Below are positions 16,528 through 26,532 of a stretch of 32,033 nt of DNA, one piece after another (within the stretch, counting starts at the first letter, position 1; each line of letters starts with the position of its first letter). Both the position numbers and the translations under genes were made by a program. Location: IMG/VR virus record IMGVR_UViG_3300002091_000017, positions 1-32,033 of that record. One strand, written 5' to 3'. Under the pieces are notes generated by a model. It did no database searches, was not told where the DNA came from, and saw nothing but the letters and a program-made list of their open reading frames with translations. The stretch comes from a virus.

Positions 16528-17553
16528 ATGGGTTTATTCGATCAAAGCACACCTTTAATGTCAGGAATGGCTACACCACAGAGTTTTAATGGTGTGCCTA
16601 ATATGCAAGCACCGACAAGTGGTCAAACAACACCTACGCAAAATCCGTATGGAACTAATCCATTTATGGGTTCAACAAATCCGTATATTCAAGCTGCTCA
16701 AGCATCAGCTTCAGGCAATATAAATGCAGCGAATACGGCTACTGCTGCTAACCGAGTCAATCAAAACACTCCTTATGGTAGCTTACAGTATTCACAGACA
16801 GGTACAGATGCTAATGGTAATCCTATTTGGTCAGCAAACCAGACGTTATCACAACCATTAGAAAACTTAACAAATACATCATTAAGTAATCTTCAGTCTA
16901 GTCTTGAAAATCCTATGTATGGTATTAATCCTGGTCAAACGTATTCAGATGCGATTATGTCTAGGTTACAACCACAAATTGCACATCAAAATGAGATGTC
17001 AGATCAAGCATTAGCAAATCAAGGCATTATGCCAGGCTCACAAGCGTATGAAAACGCTAAACGAGTTCTAGGTCAGCAACAAAATGATTTATTAACAAGT
17101 GCAATTGTTAATGGCATGAATACAGGATTAACTGCTCAAGGTTTGCAAAATACGACTGCTGCTAACGTCAAGAATTTAGGTACACCTAGTTATGTTAATC
17201 CGTACAATCAAGCTGCTGTAGCTGCACCTGATTATTTAGGTGCGTATTCAACTGCTAACGCTGCTGATATTGCTAAAGCAAATGCTCAAATGGCACAACA
17301 AACAGCACAAATGAACGGACTATTGGGTTTAGGTTCAAGTGCATTGTTAGGTGGCACAGGAACAGGAAGTGTATTAGGTGCAGCAGGAACAGGATTAGCT
17401 GATTTATACAAATACTTTAATTCATTGAATCCAGCAATTGCATCAGGTCAATCAGCAGCAAATCTAGCACAATATGGATTATCTCCTAGTGACTTTACTA
17501 ATCAATTGCCAACTGATACAAGTGCATTAGATTTAGCATCTCAATACTTTTAA
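16528..17553 (+). CDS. Low-complexity (Q/N/A/T/G-rich) putative internal virion protein
   Basis: ATG 16528 has GGAG (16518-16521) 6 nt upstream, whereas the track start ATG 16516 has no SD. The composition is typical of ejection/core proteins. Confidence 0.55.
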   Translation: MGLFDQSTPLMSGMATPQSFNGVPNMQAPTSGQTTPTQNPYGTNPFMGSTNPYIQAAQASASGNINAANTATAANRVNQNTPYGSLQYSQTGTDANGNPIWSANQTLSQPLENLTNTSLSNLQSSLENPMYGINPGQTYSDAIMSRLQPQIAHQNEMSDQALANQGIMPGSQAYENAKRVLGQQQNDLLTSAIVNGMNTGLTAQGLQNTTAANVKNLGTPSYVNPYNQAAVAAPDYLGAYSTANAADIAKANAQMAQQTAQMNGLLGLGSSALLGGTGTGSVLGAAGTGLADLYKYFNSLNPAIASGQSAANLAQYGLSPSDFTNQLPTDTSALDLASQYF

Positions 17554-17555
17554 TT

Positions 17556-17918
17556 ATGAAGCCTACTGAAATCATAACTGCTGATATGGAAAAACATGGT
17601 AAAGATGCCACGTTATTTTTAGAAGGTTTGACTAAAGCCATTCAAAAAAAATCTATTATATTATTTCAAGAAGGCGATTCAGTATTACTGTTAAAAAGAC
17701 TTGGTGAAGGTATAGTTGATCTTCATTTATTTACGGTTGATTCGCCAATTCGAGTAGCTAAAGCATTAATTCAATTTATTAAAAAGATTCGTGCATCTGA
17801 TATTAAGGTTGTTTATGGTGCAGATGAGCCTACACAATTGCTTCAGTTACTTAAAAACTTAGATGTTGAAATTATGCCATCAGATAATCCTAAATACAAA
17901 TGGATGGCTAAAGTATGA
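17556..17918 (+). CDS. Hypothetical 120-aa protein inside the internal-virion block
   Basis: A tightly packed ORF with alternating beta/alpha-like sequence. No confident motif. Confidence 0.65.
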   Translation: MKPTEIITADMEKHGKDATLFLEGLTKAIQKKSIILFQEGDSVLLLKRLGEGIVDLHLFTVDSPIRVAKALIQFIKKIRASDIKVVYGADEPTQLLQLLKNLDVEIMPSDNPKYKWMAKV

Positions 17919-18955
17919 AATATAACCACTATTCTTATTTACCAATTAACGCATTTAAGCCTATTCTTGGTCGTATGTGTTTGCATGGCCCAGCTAGTGA
18001 TGCTGTTGAATGGGTTAGTGATCAATTAGATGAAGCACCTGTAGTATCTAATCCAGGCGAAACATTAGCAACTATTGATGATGCTGTTAATGACAATGTG
18101 CCTGGTGGTTGGGCAACAGTTGGTGCTGTAGCTTTAGCTGCTGCAACAGGTTACGTTGATCCTACATTGTTAGGTGCAGAAGCAGGTGGTGAGCTTGCTG
18201 CTTTAGAAGCTGACGCTGCAATTCAAGCAGGTTTAGGTGCAGAAGTTGGTGCAGGTACAGTCGCAGGTGCAGATGCAGTAATGCCAGGTGCTTTAGCTGG
18301 TGAAGTAGCAGGAGAAGGAACAGCACAATTAGGTGCAGGTACATCGTTAAGTGCTGACGCTGCATCAAATCCATTAAATCCTTATTACTCTACTGCAAAT
18401 CCTACGGTACAAGCAAGTACAGGTACAGTTAGTAACTTAGTTGGTGGTGGTGCTGAAAGTAATTTAGCAACATTAGATTCTTTAAATAATCCATTATTGC
18501 CGACAAGTGGTGCTGGTATTGGTGGCTCTGAATTAGGAGCAACAGGAAGCATTATAGGAAGTGGACAAGGACTTGGAGTACAGACATTACCTGAAACATT
18601 AGCACCAACAGGTTTAAATGGATTAACAGTTAATGACTTAAATTCACAACCATTATTGAACAATGGTACAAGTTCTTCCATTACAGGTAAAGATGTTGCA
18701 GATGCTTTAAGAGCAGCGAATAGTGCTAATAATTTAATTAAAGGCTTAACATCTAGTCAGCAAAAATTAGCAACAAATCAACAAAATTTACAACAGTCGC
18801 AAGCATTAGGTAATTTATTAAAAGCAAATCAATTTACACCTATTGCTACACCTGAAGTATATAAAGCACAGAATCCATTTACTTTTGGTCAGCAAGAACC
18901 AATACAAGGCAATCCATTAGCATCATTATTAAGGAACAATTATGGCAACAGCTAA
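17915..18955 (+). CDS. Gly/Ala-rich low-complexity putative internal virion protein (346 aa)
   Basis: ATGA-coupled start. It contains a long (G/A/E/V)-rich tract: GAEAGGELAALEADAAIQAGLGAEVGAGTVAGADAV... Confidence 0.6.
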   Translation: MKYNHYSYLPINAFKPILGRMCLHGPASDAVEWVSDQLDEAPVVSNPGETLATIDDAVNDNVPGGWATVGAVALAAATGYVDPTLLGAEAGGELAALEADAAIQAGLGAEVGAGTVAGADAVMPGALAGEVAGEGTAQLGAGTSLSADAASNPLNPYYSTANPTVQASTGTVSNLVGGGAESNLATLDSLNNPLLPTSGAGIGGSELGATGSIIGSGQGLGVQTLPETLAPTGLNGLTVNDLNSQPLLNNGTSSSITGKDVADALRAANSANNLIKGLTSSQQKLATNQQNLQQSQALGNLLKANQFTPIATPEVYKAQNPFTFGQQEPIQGNPLASLLRNNYGNS

Positions 18956-20360
18956 TCAATATAGTCCATTTGGACTGCCAAGTGCAGGAGTTTCTGCTGA
19001 TAATCCATTAGCACCTGAATACTTAGCATTAGAACGTCAGAAGAAAATAGCTGATTTATTGATGCAAAAAGGTCAGCAATTACCTGAAGGACAAATGGTA
19101 TCTGGTCATTATGTAGCACCATCATGGACACAGCAATTAGGCACATTAGCAAATGCTTACATGGGTGGCAATATGGCAGAACAGAATGAAACTAGAACTG
19201 CTAAGTTAGGTCAATTATTGCGTGGTCAAAGTACAGAAGAAATTAAAAATGTTTTAAAAGCCTTTGAAAGTGGAGATCAATCTAAAGCATTAGAGTTGTC
19301 AGCTCTTGGGCAAACTCCTTTTGCACAAGGTATTGCAAGTGAATTAGTTAAAAAGAGATTAATTGGCAAAGAACCTAAATGGGAAAAATCAGAACAATAT
19401 AATGAAAATGGAACAGTAACGCAAGGTTATGTTGATGTTAATGCAAAAAATCCTGTAGACACTTTTATTCCAGGAAGTGTAAAGCCTGCAATGACACCAT
19501 ACGAAAAAGCTTCAATAGATCGTAAAGAATTTGAATGGAATAATTTATCTGCTAAAGATAAAGCCCAATTATCTAATGACGCTGCAAGAATTGGTATTTC
19601 TGCAAAAGAATTATATTTTAATACTGGATTAAGTGCAGGCGGTGGATATTCACCATCACCAACAGTTCAATCTTCAACGCCAATACAACCACAAACGCAA
19701 CCAACAAATCAATCTCAACCATTAACTAAGCCACAAATAGCAGGACTGCCAACAACACAGCAATTGCCAAATGGTCAAGTTTTGCCACCTAAGATGCAAT
19801 TAGAATTAATGAAAGAAGAACAAAAAGGCCCAACTGAATTTGCTGGTAAAGCTGTATTGTTTGGCTCTGCTATGCAACAATCGCAAAACATTATTTCTCA
19901 ATTAGAAAAAGAAGGCACAACTAAAGGAGCTATAGCACCAGCATTTTTAAGTGGTATAGTTAAATTAGCTCCATTAGGAGTTGGAGATGCTGCTGCAAAT
20001 GCAGTTGAAGCTGCGTTTAGACAAGATCCAACAGGTTTTGTTGGGCCAGATAAAAATCAACAAAAACTAGCACAAGCACAATTAGCTTTTGCATCAGCTT
20101 GGTTAAGGCAAACATCAGGTGCAAGTTTTGGAGCAACTGAAATTGCAAATACAATTAAAGAATTTTTCCCATTGCAAGGTGAAAGTAGTGGTGTTATTGC
20201 ACAAAAAACAGAAGCAAGAAAAAGAGCAATTAAAGGACTCGAATATTTAGCTGGGCCATCAGGAGCTAAACAAATACAACAATATGGACAACAACAATCT
20301 ACTTTTAAACCTTTGCAACGATGGAATCCACAAACACAACAATTAGAGGACATTAAATAA
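18942..20360 (+). CDS. Putative internal virion / ejection protein (472 aa)
   Basis: It overlaps the upstream gene by 14 nt. It has a central P/Q/T-rich linker (SPSPTVQSSTPIQPQTQPTNQSQPLTKPQ). The call rests on position and size. Confidence 0.55.
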   Translation: MATANQYSPFGLPSAGVSADNPLAPEYLALERQKKIADLLMQKGQQLPEGQMVSGHYVAPSWTQQLGTLANAYMGGNMAEQNETRTAKLGQLLRGQSTEEIKNVLKAFESGDQSKALELSALGQTPFAQGIASELVKKRLIGKEPKWEKSEQYNENGTVTQGYVDVNAKNPVDTFIPGSVKPAMTPYEKASIDRKEFEWNNLSAKDKAQLSNDAARIGISAKELYFNTGLSAGGGYSPSPTVQSSTPIQPQTQPTNQSQPLTKPQIAGLPTTQQLPNGQVLPPKMQLELMKEEQKGPTEFAGKAVLFGSAMQQSQNIISQLEKEGTTKGAIAPAFLSGIVKLAPLGVGDAAANAVEAAFRQDPTGFVGPDKNQQKLAQAQLAFASAWLRQTSGASFGATEIANTIKEFFPLQGESSGVIAQKTEARKRAIKGLEYLAGPSGAKQIQQYGQQQSTFKPLQRWNPQTQQLEDIK

Positions 20361-22168
20361 TGCCTGTAATCGAAATTCCAAATGTAGGAAATATTGAGTT
20401 TCCTGATTCAATGAATCGTGATGATATATCTATTGCTATTCGTAAAATTACTAAAGCACCTACACAAACAAATAAATTAGGTGTGCCTGTAGGCGAAGGT
20501 GAACGCATTATGCAACCTGAACCTGAACAACCAAGATCAATAGGTGATTACATTAAACCATTTGCTGAAGTTCCTGCAACGATGTTAAGTAACGCTGCTT
20601 TAGCTATACCAAGTGCATTTGCTAATCCTAAACAACCAACAGCTTTAATGGAAAAGTATGGTTATAAACCTGAATCACCTGTAACTAAAGATATTCTTGG
20701 TGGCATGGCAGATGCTTTAAGATATGTGCCACCATATATAGGCACAGGATTATTGCCTACTCTTGGTAAAAATACTCAATTGTTAAAACAACCAACAGAA
20801 ATAGCAACACAAGCTGTTACACAACCTGTTACTCAACAATTAGCACAAGCATTAAGAAAAGAACCTACAGTTACTTTAAGTGGTGTAGGTGCTGCTGAAG
20901 TACCTAAAATGATGCAACGAGTAGAAACTGCTCAAAATTTACGAGTACCTGTACCAATAACAAAAGGACAGGCAACAAGAGAATTAGGTCAACAGGCATT
21001 TGAAGCTGAAACTCCTAAAAACTATCCTGAATTAGGAACGCCTTTAGTTAAAAAAAGTTTAGACCAAAATGAAAAAATATTGCAAAACTTTGACGCTTAT
21101 GTTGATGCAACAGGATCAAAATCAGCAGGGCCATTTAATTTAAGAGCTGTTGGTAAAGTTGTTGATAAAGCATTAGTTGATTCAGCCAATAAAGCATGGA
21201 AAGAAACTGGTAATGCTTATGCTATTGCTAGAGAAGCTGGTGAAATGCAAGCACCTGTTAATTATCAACCATTGCAACAATACATAAACAAATTTGAAAA
21301 TAGACCAACTTTAAAAGGTGATTTAGCAAAAATTATTAGCATTGTTGAAGATGAAATAAAAATTAATGATCCTAAAAAAACAGGACAAATGAGTATTAAC
21401 CAACTTGAAGATATTTATGAGTTAATTAACAAATCATACGATCCAAATACTCCTAGTGCTACTTATGCAAAAGACATGAAAAAACTCATTAATGGTGCAA
21501 TGGAAGGTCAAGGTGGTGAGTTATATCAAAAAGCTAGACAGTTAAGAACAAAATACGCCAATGAATTTGAAAATGTTGGTTTTGTTGATAAATTATTAAG
21601 AACAAAGCCTAATACTAAAGATCGAGCTGTAGCATTTGAAGATGTATTTGATCATTCAATAATGAAAGGTTCTTTAGATGATGTAATGGCAGTAGGTAAA
21701 GCATTAAAAAAAGCAGGACCAGAAGGTCAGCAAGCATGGAAAGAATTGCAAGGTCAAACAATAGAACAATTAAAATCTACCGTTACAAAAAATATAAAAC
21801 AAGATCAGAATGGCAATAAAATTATTTCACCTTCACAATTTGATTCTTTTGTTAGAGAATTAGACCAAGATGGAAAATTAGATTATTTGTTTGGCAAATC
21901 AGGTGCAAATGAAATTCGTGATTTACGAGATACTGCTTTAACAATTTATAATCCTGTGCCAGGTGCTGTAAATTATCCTAATACATCAAGTGCAATTATT
22001 AGAGGATTGGATGCATTAAATAAATCTGTAATTGGTAAAATACCAGTTGTTGGTAAAGTTACGCAATATAGTGCAAATAAAGCAAAAGAAAATGCTATAA
22101 AGAAACAAATTGAAGAATCAATTAATTTTGATCCTAAAAGATTAGCTGAACAATTAAGGAAGGAATAA
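20360..22168 (+). CDS. Putative internal virion / ejection protein (602 aa)
   Basis: TAATG-coupled. It is the largest protein of the block that precedes the fibre genes. No catalytic motif recognised. Confidence 0.55.
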   Translation: MPVIEIPNVGNIEFPDSMNRDDISIAIRKITKAPTQTNKLGVPVGEGERIMQPEPEQPRSIGDYIKPFAEVPATMLSNAALAIPSAFANPKQPTALMEKYGYKPESPVTKDILGGMADALRYVPPYIGTGLLPTLGKNTQLLKQPTEIATQAVTQPVTQQLAQALRKEPTVTLSGVGAAEVPKMMQRVETAQNLRVPVPITKGQATRELGQQAFEAETPKNYPELGTPLVKKSLDQNEKILQNFDAYVDATGSKSAGPFNLRAVGKVVDKALVDSANKAWKETGNAYAIAREAGEMQAPVNYQPLQQYINKFENRPTLKGDLAKIISIVEDEIKINDPKKTGQMSINQLEDIYELINKSYDPNTPSATYAKDMKKLINGAMEGQGGELYQKARQLRTKYANEFENVGFVDKLLRTKPNTKDRAVAFEDVFDHSIMKGSLDDVMAVGKALKKAGPEGQQAWKELQGQTIEQLKSTVTKNIKQDQNGNKIISPSQFDSFVRELDQDGKLDYLFGKSGANEIRDLRDTALTIYNPVPGAVNYPNTSSAIIRGLDALNKSVIGKIPVVGKVTQYSANKAKENAIKKQIEESINFDPKRLAEQLRKE

Positions 22169-22169
22169 T

Positions 22170-22424
22170 ATGTCTCGCAACGGATCAGGAACGTATAGTC
22201 TACCAAGTGGTAATCCTGTAGTAACAGGAACAACGATTAGTTCAACATGGGCTAATACAACATTAAATGATATAGCATCAGCATTGACTGGTTCAGTAGC
22301 TTCAGATGGTCAAACAGCAATGACAGGAACGCTACAAATGGGAACAAATAATATTGCTAACGCAGGTACAATAACAGGCACTACAATAACAGCTACAACA
22401 GGAATCTTTGGAGGAACATACTAA
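22170..22424 (+). CDS. Stand-alone tail-fibre N-terminal (anchor) module, 84 aa
   Basis: RNGSGTYSLPSGNPVVTGTTISSTWANTTLNDIASALTGS is the N-terminal motif I recall from full-length podovirus tail fibres. Here the ORF stops after 84 aa. Confidence 0.6.
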   Translation: MSRNGSGTYSLPSGNPVVTGTTISSTWANTTLNDIASALTGSVASDGQTAMTGTLQMGTNNIANAGTITGTTITATTGIFGGTY

Positions 22425-24004
22425 TGGCACAAACAAACTATACGCCTATTTCGCTTTACTATTCAGCAACGGCAGCAAGTGTTCCTACGGCTGGTAACTT
22501 AGTCGCAGGTGAACTCGCATTGAACACAGCAGATGGTAAATTATTTTACAAAGATTCTAGTGGAGTTGTACAGACACTTGCAAGTAAAGCAGGTAATGTC
22601 AATGTATCATCATTTAGTGCAGGTTCTACAGGACTCACACCTAGTACGGCAACAACAGGTGCAGTAACGCTTGCTGGCACGTTAAACGTATCTTCAGGTG
22701 GCACAGGCTTAACAACTCTAACTGCTGGCTATATTCCTTATGGTAATGGTACAAGTGCTTTTAGTTCTAGTGCTAATTTAACATTTAATGGAAGTAAATT
22801 AGATGTAACTGGTGATATTGTTATTCCAAACTACACAAACGCATATCAAATTAAAGATACTGGTGGCACAAGCAGATATATTATGTATTACTCAGGAAGC
22901 GTATCTCCGTCATCAGGAAATGATTTATTTATTGGTAACACGCTTAATAATGCTGTTGCTTTTTTTTCCAACAACACAGAACGGATGCGTATTAACTCTA
23001 GTGGTAACGTAATAATTGGCACTACTTCATCGCCATTTCCAAAATTATATGTTTCAGATGGTACGGTAGGAATAGGACTTGGTCCTTACGCTACAGGTAG
23101 TGTTGCTTATGCAGGTACTTGGACAAATCATTCACTAGCATTTGTAACAAACGGTGCTGAAGTTGGTAGGTTTGACATAGCAGGTAATCTAGGACTTGGT
23201 GTTACTCCTAGTGCTTGGGTTAGTGGCGATACTATATTTCAGATTAAATCAGGTACAAGTTACGCATCATTGTGGGGAAGAAATGGCTCATTAAGGAGTA
23301 TTGCAAATGCTTATTATGATGGCACAAACTATAAATATGCAAGTTCTAGCTATGCTCCAGCAAGTTTTCAAGTAGAAAATACTGGTCAATTTACTTGGAG
23401 TACTGCACCTACAGGAACTGCTGGTAATAACGTAACATTTACCCAAGCAATGACACTAGATGCTAGTGGTAATTTGTTGGTAGGTACTACAACGCAATTT
23501 GGTTCAAGCAAAGTAACAGTATCAAGTGGAACTATTCCAGTAGCGGCAAAAGTTACAGGAACAAGCAATCAAACTATTTTTGGTATGTATATTATAAAAC
23601 CTGATAATGATACAACAACAAGTCAGCGTTTTATTGGGTTTGGTATCAATAACGATGCGTCAGGTAGTGGACAAATTAATGCTAATGGTGCTAATTCTGC
23701 TGCATTTGGTTCATATTCGGATATTCGTTTAAAAGAAAATATTGTTGATTTACCATCACAAATTAATAATATTCTTGCTTTAAAACCAAAAGAATTTGAT
23801 TACAAAACAGGTGGGCATCAAATAGGTTTTATTGCACAAGAAATGCAAGAAATTTATCCTGATGTTGTGGGTCAAGATGAAACAGGAATGATGACAATTA
23901 CAGGATGGTCAAAAACTGAAGCAAGACTTGTAAAAGCCATTCAAGAACAACAAGCACTTATTGAATCACTTACACAACGCATTGCAACTTTGGAGAATAA
24001 ATAA
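22424..24004 (+). CDS. Tail fibre with C-terminal S74-type intramolecular chaperone (self-cleaving) domain
   Basis: N-terminus NLVAGELALNTADGKLFYKDSSG and SSGGTGLTTL. The C-terminal part from nt 23717 reads SDIRLKENIVDL...LKPKEFDYK...GFIAQEMQEIYPDVV, followed by a coiled coil. This is the hallmark of the peptidase S74 chaperone domain. Confidence 0.85.
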   Translation: MAQTNYTPISLYYSATAASVPTAGNLVAGELALNTADGKLFYKDSSGVVQTLASKAGNVNVSSFSAGSTGLTPSTATTGAVTLAGTLNVSSGGTGLTTLTAGYIPYGNGTSAFSSSANLTFNGSKLDVTGDIVIPNYTNAYQIKDTGGTSRYIMYYSGSVSPSSGNDLFIGNTLNNAVAFFSNNTERMRINSSGNVIIGTTSSPFPKLYVSDGTVGIGLGPYATGSVAYAGTWTNHSLAFVTNGAEVGRFDIAGNLGLGVTPSAWVSGDTIFQIKSGTSYASLWGRNGSLRSIANAYYDGTNYKYASSSYAPASFQVENTGQFTWSTAPTGTAGNNVTFTQAMTLDASGNLLVGTTTQFGSSKVTVSSGTIPVAAKVTGTSNQTIFGMYIIKPDNDTTTSQRFIGFGINNDASGSGQINANGANSAAFGSYSDIRLKENIVDLPSQINNILALKPKEFDYKTGGHQIGFIAQEMQEIYPDVVGQDETGMMTITGWSKTEARLVKAIQEQQALIESLTQRIATLENK

Positions 24005-24300
24005 TGACTCAATATAATTGGCAAGTAGTACAAATGGACAGACTAACAAGTGATAATTTCGTTGTAACCTGTCACTATACAGTTAATGCTACAGATGGCG
24101 ATTACACAGCATCTACATACGGCACAACGTCATACACACAAGTAGAAGGTGAAACTTACATTCCTTACGCTGACTTAACAGAAGCAATCTGCGTAGGATG
24201 GGTTCAGACTTCATTGGGTAAAGATACAGTAGAAGCAAGCCTACAGTCTCAGATAGACGCATTAAAGAATCCTGTGCAAGAATCAGGAGTGCCCTGGTAA
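24004..24300 (+). CDS. Hypothetical protein downstream of the tail fibre (98 aa)
   Basis: TAATG-coupled to the fibre gene. Possibly fibre-associated. No motif assigned. Confidence 0.65.
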   Translation: MTQYNWQVVQMDRLTSDNFVVTCHYTVNATDGDYTASTYGTTSYTQVEGETYIPYADLTEAICVGWVQTSLGKDTVEASLQSQIDALKNPVQESGVPW

Positions 24301-24335
24301 AGATTTTTAACCGTAGTACAACACAGGAGAATGAA

Positions 24336-24539
24336 ATGAGTGAAAACACGAAAAAAACTCAAATTACGATTGACGATGTAGAGTATAACTTTGAAGATTT
24401 AACTGAAGAACAGCAGAAATTGTTTCAGCATTGTGTAGATTTAGACCGTAAGATAGGTTCAGCACAGTTTCAATTAGATCAATTAAGCGTAGGCAAGCAA
24501 GCGTTTGTCAAAATGTTAAAGGATTCGTTGGAGAAATAA
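24336..24539 (+). CDS. Hypothetical 67-aa protein
   Basis: SD AGGAG 7 nt upstream. Acidic and helical. Confidence 0.65.
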   Translation: MSENTKKTQITIDDVEYNFEDLTEEQQKLFQHCVDLDRKIGSAQFQLDQLSVGKQAFVKMLKDSLEK

Positions 24540-24751
24540 TGGATATGGAAGCAATCATAGCTGATAACGATAAAAGATTGTCAGTACACGAAGCTGTTTG
24601 TGCTGAACGCTACGAAGGTATTTTAGATTCTTTTGATAAAGGCTCTAAACGTATGCAACGTATTGAGTATCTTTTATATGCTGTAATTGCTTCTGTTTTC
24701 TTTGGTAAAGACATGATTTTAAATATTGTTCAACAATTGGTATCCAAATGA
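24539..24751 (+). CDS. Small single-pass membrane protein (70 aa)
   Basis: TAATG-coupled. Hydrophobic segment YLLYAVIASVFFG. It lies in the block that precedes the lysis genes. Confidence 0.6.
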   Translation: MDMEAIIADNDKRLSVHEAVCAERYEGILDSFDKGSKRMQRIEYLLYAVIASVFFGKDMILNIVQQLVSK

Positions 24752-24752
24752 A

Positions 24753-25199
24753 ATGTCAAATCCTATTGCTGAAGGTGCTAAACAATTAGCTCAAAGTTTA
24801 GAAGAAACTAGAGAAGCTGGTAAAAGTCTTACTAAAAGCATTAAAAACATACAGCATGATGGTATAGAGGTCGCACAAGAGCAGTTAGAAGCACGAGACA
24901 AGCATCGGCAGCATGAAGAAGCAATCGCTAATTCTATGCTGTTTAAAGCAGTCAAAGAATACGAGAAACAAAGTGCATTAATTAAGGCTGAGAACAAAGC
25001 TGAAGCAGAGTTTAAAGCTAAGTATGGCGTAAAAGAATGGAGCAAGGTTTTAGAATTAAAAGCAATCGTTGAGAAAGAACATAAAGAAAACGCTAGTTAT
25101 TACGGTCACAAACTGCGTGATGTAAAGCGAGTACAGTTTTATTGTTTCTTTGCTGCTTTTGTTATAACTTGTTTGTTGTATTGGTTTAATCTTGTATGA
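24753..25199 (+). CDS. Coiled-coil protein with C-terminal transmembrane anchor (148 aa)
   Basis: The first in-frame ATG is at 24753; the track uses TTG 24726, which overlaps the upstream gene. The C-terminus is VQFYCFFAAFVITCLLYWFNLV. Confidence 0.6.
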   Translation: MSNPIAEGAKQLAQSLEETREAGKSLTKSIKNIQHDGIEVAQEQLEARDKHRQHEEAIANSMLFKAVKEYEKQSALIKAENKAEAEFKAKYGVKEWSKVLELKAIVEKEHKENASYYGHKLRDVKRVQFYCFFAAFVITCLLYWFNLV

Positions 25200-25354
25200 C
25201 ATGGGTAACAATTTGGTTTGTAGTCTATATCGTAGAATTATGTATATGGTCGTATATTGTTTATTTACATTATGAAGTTAAAATAAACCAAGAAAAAGTA
25301 AAATTTCCTACAAAAATGACAGTTAGATCAAAGAAAGATATTGTGCGTGGATGA
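25196..25354 (+). CDS. Hypothetical 52-aa membrane protein
   Basis: Hand-read ORF MTWVTIWFVVYIVELCIWSYIVYLHYEVKINQEKVKFPTKMTVRSKKDIVRG. Its ATG overlaps the upstream TGA (ATGA). Confidence 0.4.
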   Translation: MTWVTIWFVVYIVELCIWSYIVYLHYEVKINQEKVKFPTKMTVRSKKDIVRG

Positions 25355-25425
25355 TGATTTATTCAAATGGTGGACTATGTTTGCACTTATCTGCATGATG
25401 TTAATTATTCTTTTAAAGGATTAAT

Positions 25426-25818
25426 ATGTTCGGTATAGACGATGTAATAGGTGTAGGACTCAAGATAATTGACAAAGTTATACCTGATCCAGCACAAAAA
25501 GCACAAGCACAATTAGACTTACAAAAGTTAGCCAATGATGGTCATTTAGCAGAATTGCAAGCAGATATGAACGAGCAAAACAACGTATCAGATCGTTGGA
25601 AAGCTGATTTAGTATCTGACTCTTGGCTAAGTAAAAATATACGACCTATGACGCTTATATTTATTCTAGGAGTGTATACAACATTCGCTGGGTTCTCAGC
25701 ATTTAATGTTAATGTCAATCAAGCCTATGTTGAATTACTTGGACAATGGGGAATGTTAATTATGTCTGCTTATTTTGGTGGCAGAACATTAGAAAAAATT
25801 ATGGCAAAGAAAGGTTAG
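25426..25818 (+). CDS. Holin, 3-TM family associated with gene-transfer-agent release
   Basis: N-terminus KIIDKVIPDPAQKAQAQLDLQKLANDGHLAELQADM, then hydrophobic segments. This matches the characteristic N-terminal amphipathic block of that holin family. Confidence 0.7.
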   Translation: MFGIDDVIGVGLKIIDKVIPDPAQKAQAQLDLQKLANDGHLAELQADMNEQNNVSDRWKADLVSDSWLSKNIRPMTLIFILGVYTTFAGFSAFNVNVNQAYVELLGQWGMLIMSAYFGGRTLEKIMAKKG

Positions 25819-25820
25819 AA

Positions 25821-26033
25821 ATGAATACAAAAGATCACGTTATGATTATTGCAGCTTGGTCATTAGTAGCAGTCGTTGTCGGTATGTTATTAATGTTTGC
25901 GTATGCAGTAGTTGATCCTAATTTTGAGACTGATAAAGTATTTCAGATTATTGGGCCTGCGTTCCAGACCGTAATTGGTGGCTTTATAGGTTTAATAACA
26001 GGTATCAAGATAGGAAGTGACGATGATAAGTAA
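25821..26033 (+). CDS. Two-TM small membrane protein (second holin/antiholin candidate, 70 aa)
   Basis: ATG 25821 lies 2 nt after the holin stop. The sequence is MNTKDHVMIIAAWSLVAVVVGMLLMFAYAV...FQTVIGGFIGLITGIKIG. The track start at 25746 would overlap the holin extensively. Confidence 0.6.
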   Translation: MNTKDHVMIIAAWSLVAVVVGMLLMFAYAVVDPNFETDKVFQIIGPAFQTVIGGFIGLITGIKIGSDDDK

Positions 26034-26532
26034 TTGGGATAAATCTTTTGCTGAACTAATAAAGTCTGAAGGTGGCTTTGTAAATAACCCTAAAGATCCT
26101 GGTGGCGAAACAATGATGGGGGTAACTAAAGCATCGTGGTCAACATGGCTCAAAAGACCTATTGCTGATGGCGAAATGGCTAAACTTACTGTTGCTGACA
26201 TTACCCCATTTTATAAGGCTTTGTATTGGGATAAATCTAAATGCCCAGACTTGCCAACAGGTATTGATTATATGGCATTTGACGCATCGGTAAATATGGG
26301 TGTAGGGCAAAGCATTAGATTACTTCAAAAATCGCTAGGGTGCGTTCCTGATGGAGTTATAGGCCCTAATACAATGAAACTCATTAATGAAACAAATGTT
26401 AATGATATGATAGATAAATATTCTGCACAAAAAGAACTGTTTTACAGATCATTAGCTTTATTCAATACATTTGGTAAAGGTTGGTTATCACGAGTTGCAC
26501 AAGTTAAACAAAACGCAAAGGAAATGTTATGA
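26023..26532 (+). CDS. Endolysin, GH108 N-acetylmuramidase-like with C-terminal peptidoglycan-binding domain
   Basis: SEGGFVNNPKDPGGETMMGVT is the GH108 signature, and the C-terminal part resembles PG_binding_3. ATG 26023 has AGGAAG 5 nt upstream. The track starts at GTG 26017. Confidence 0.85.
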   Translation: MISNWDKSFAELIKSEGGFVNNPKDPGGETMMGVTKASWSTWLKRPIADGEMAKLTVADITPFYKALYWDKSKCPDLPTGIDYMAFDASVNMGVGQSIRLLQKSLGCVPDGVIGPNTMKLINETNVNDMIDKYSAQKELFYRSLALFNTFGKGWLSRVAQVKQNAKEML

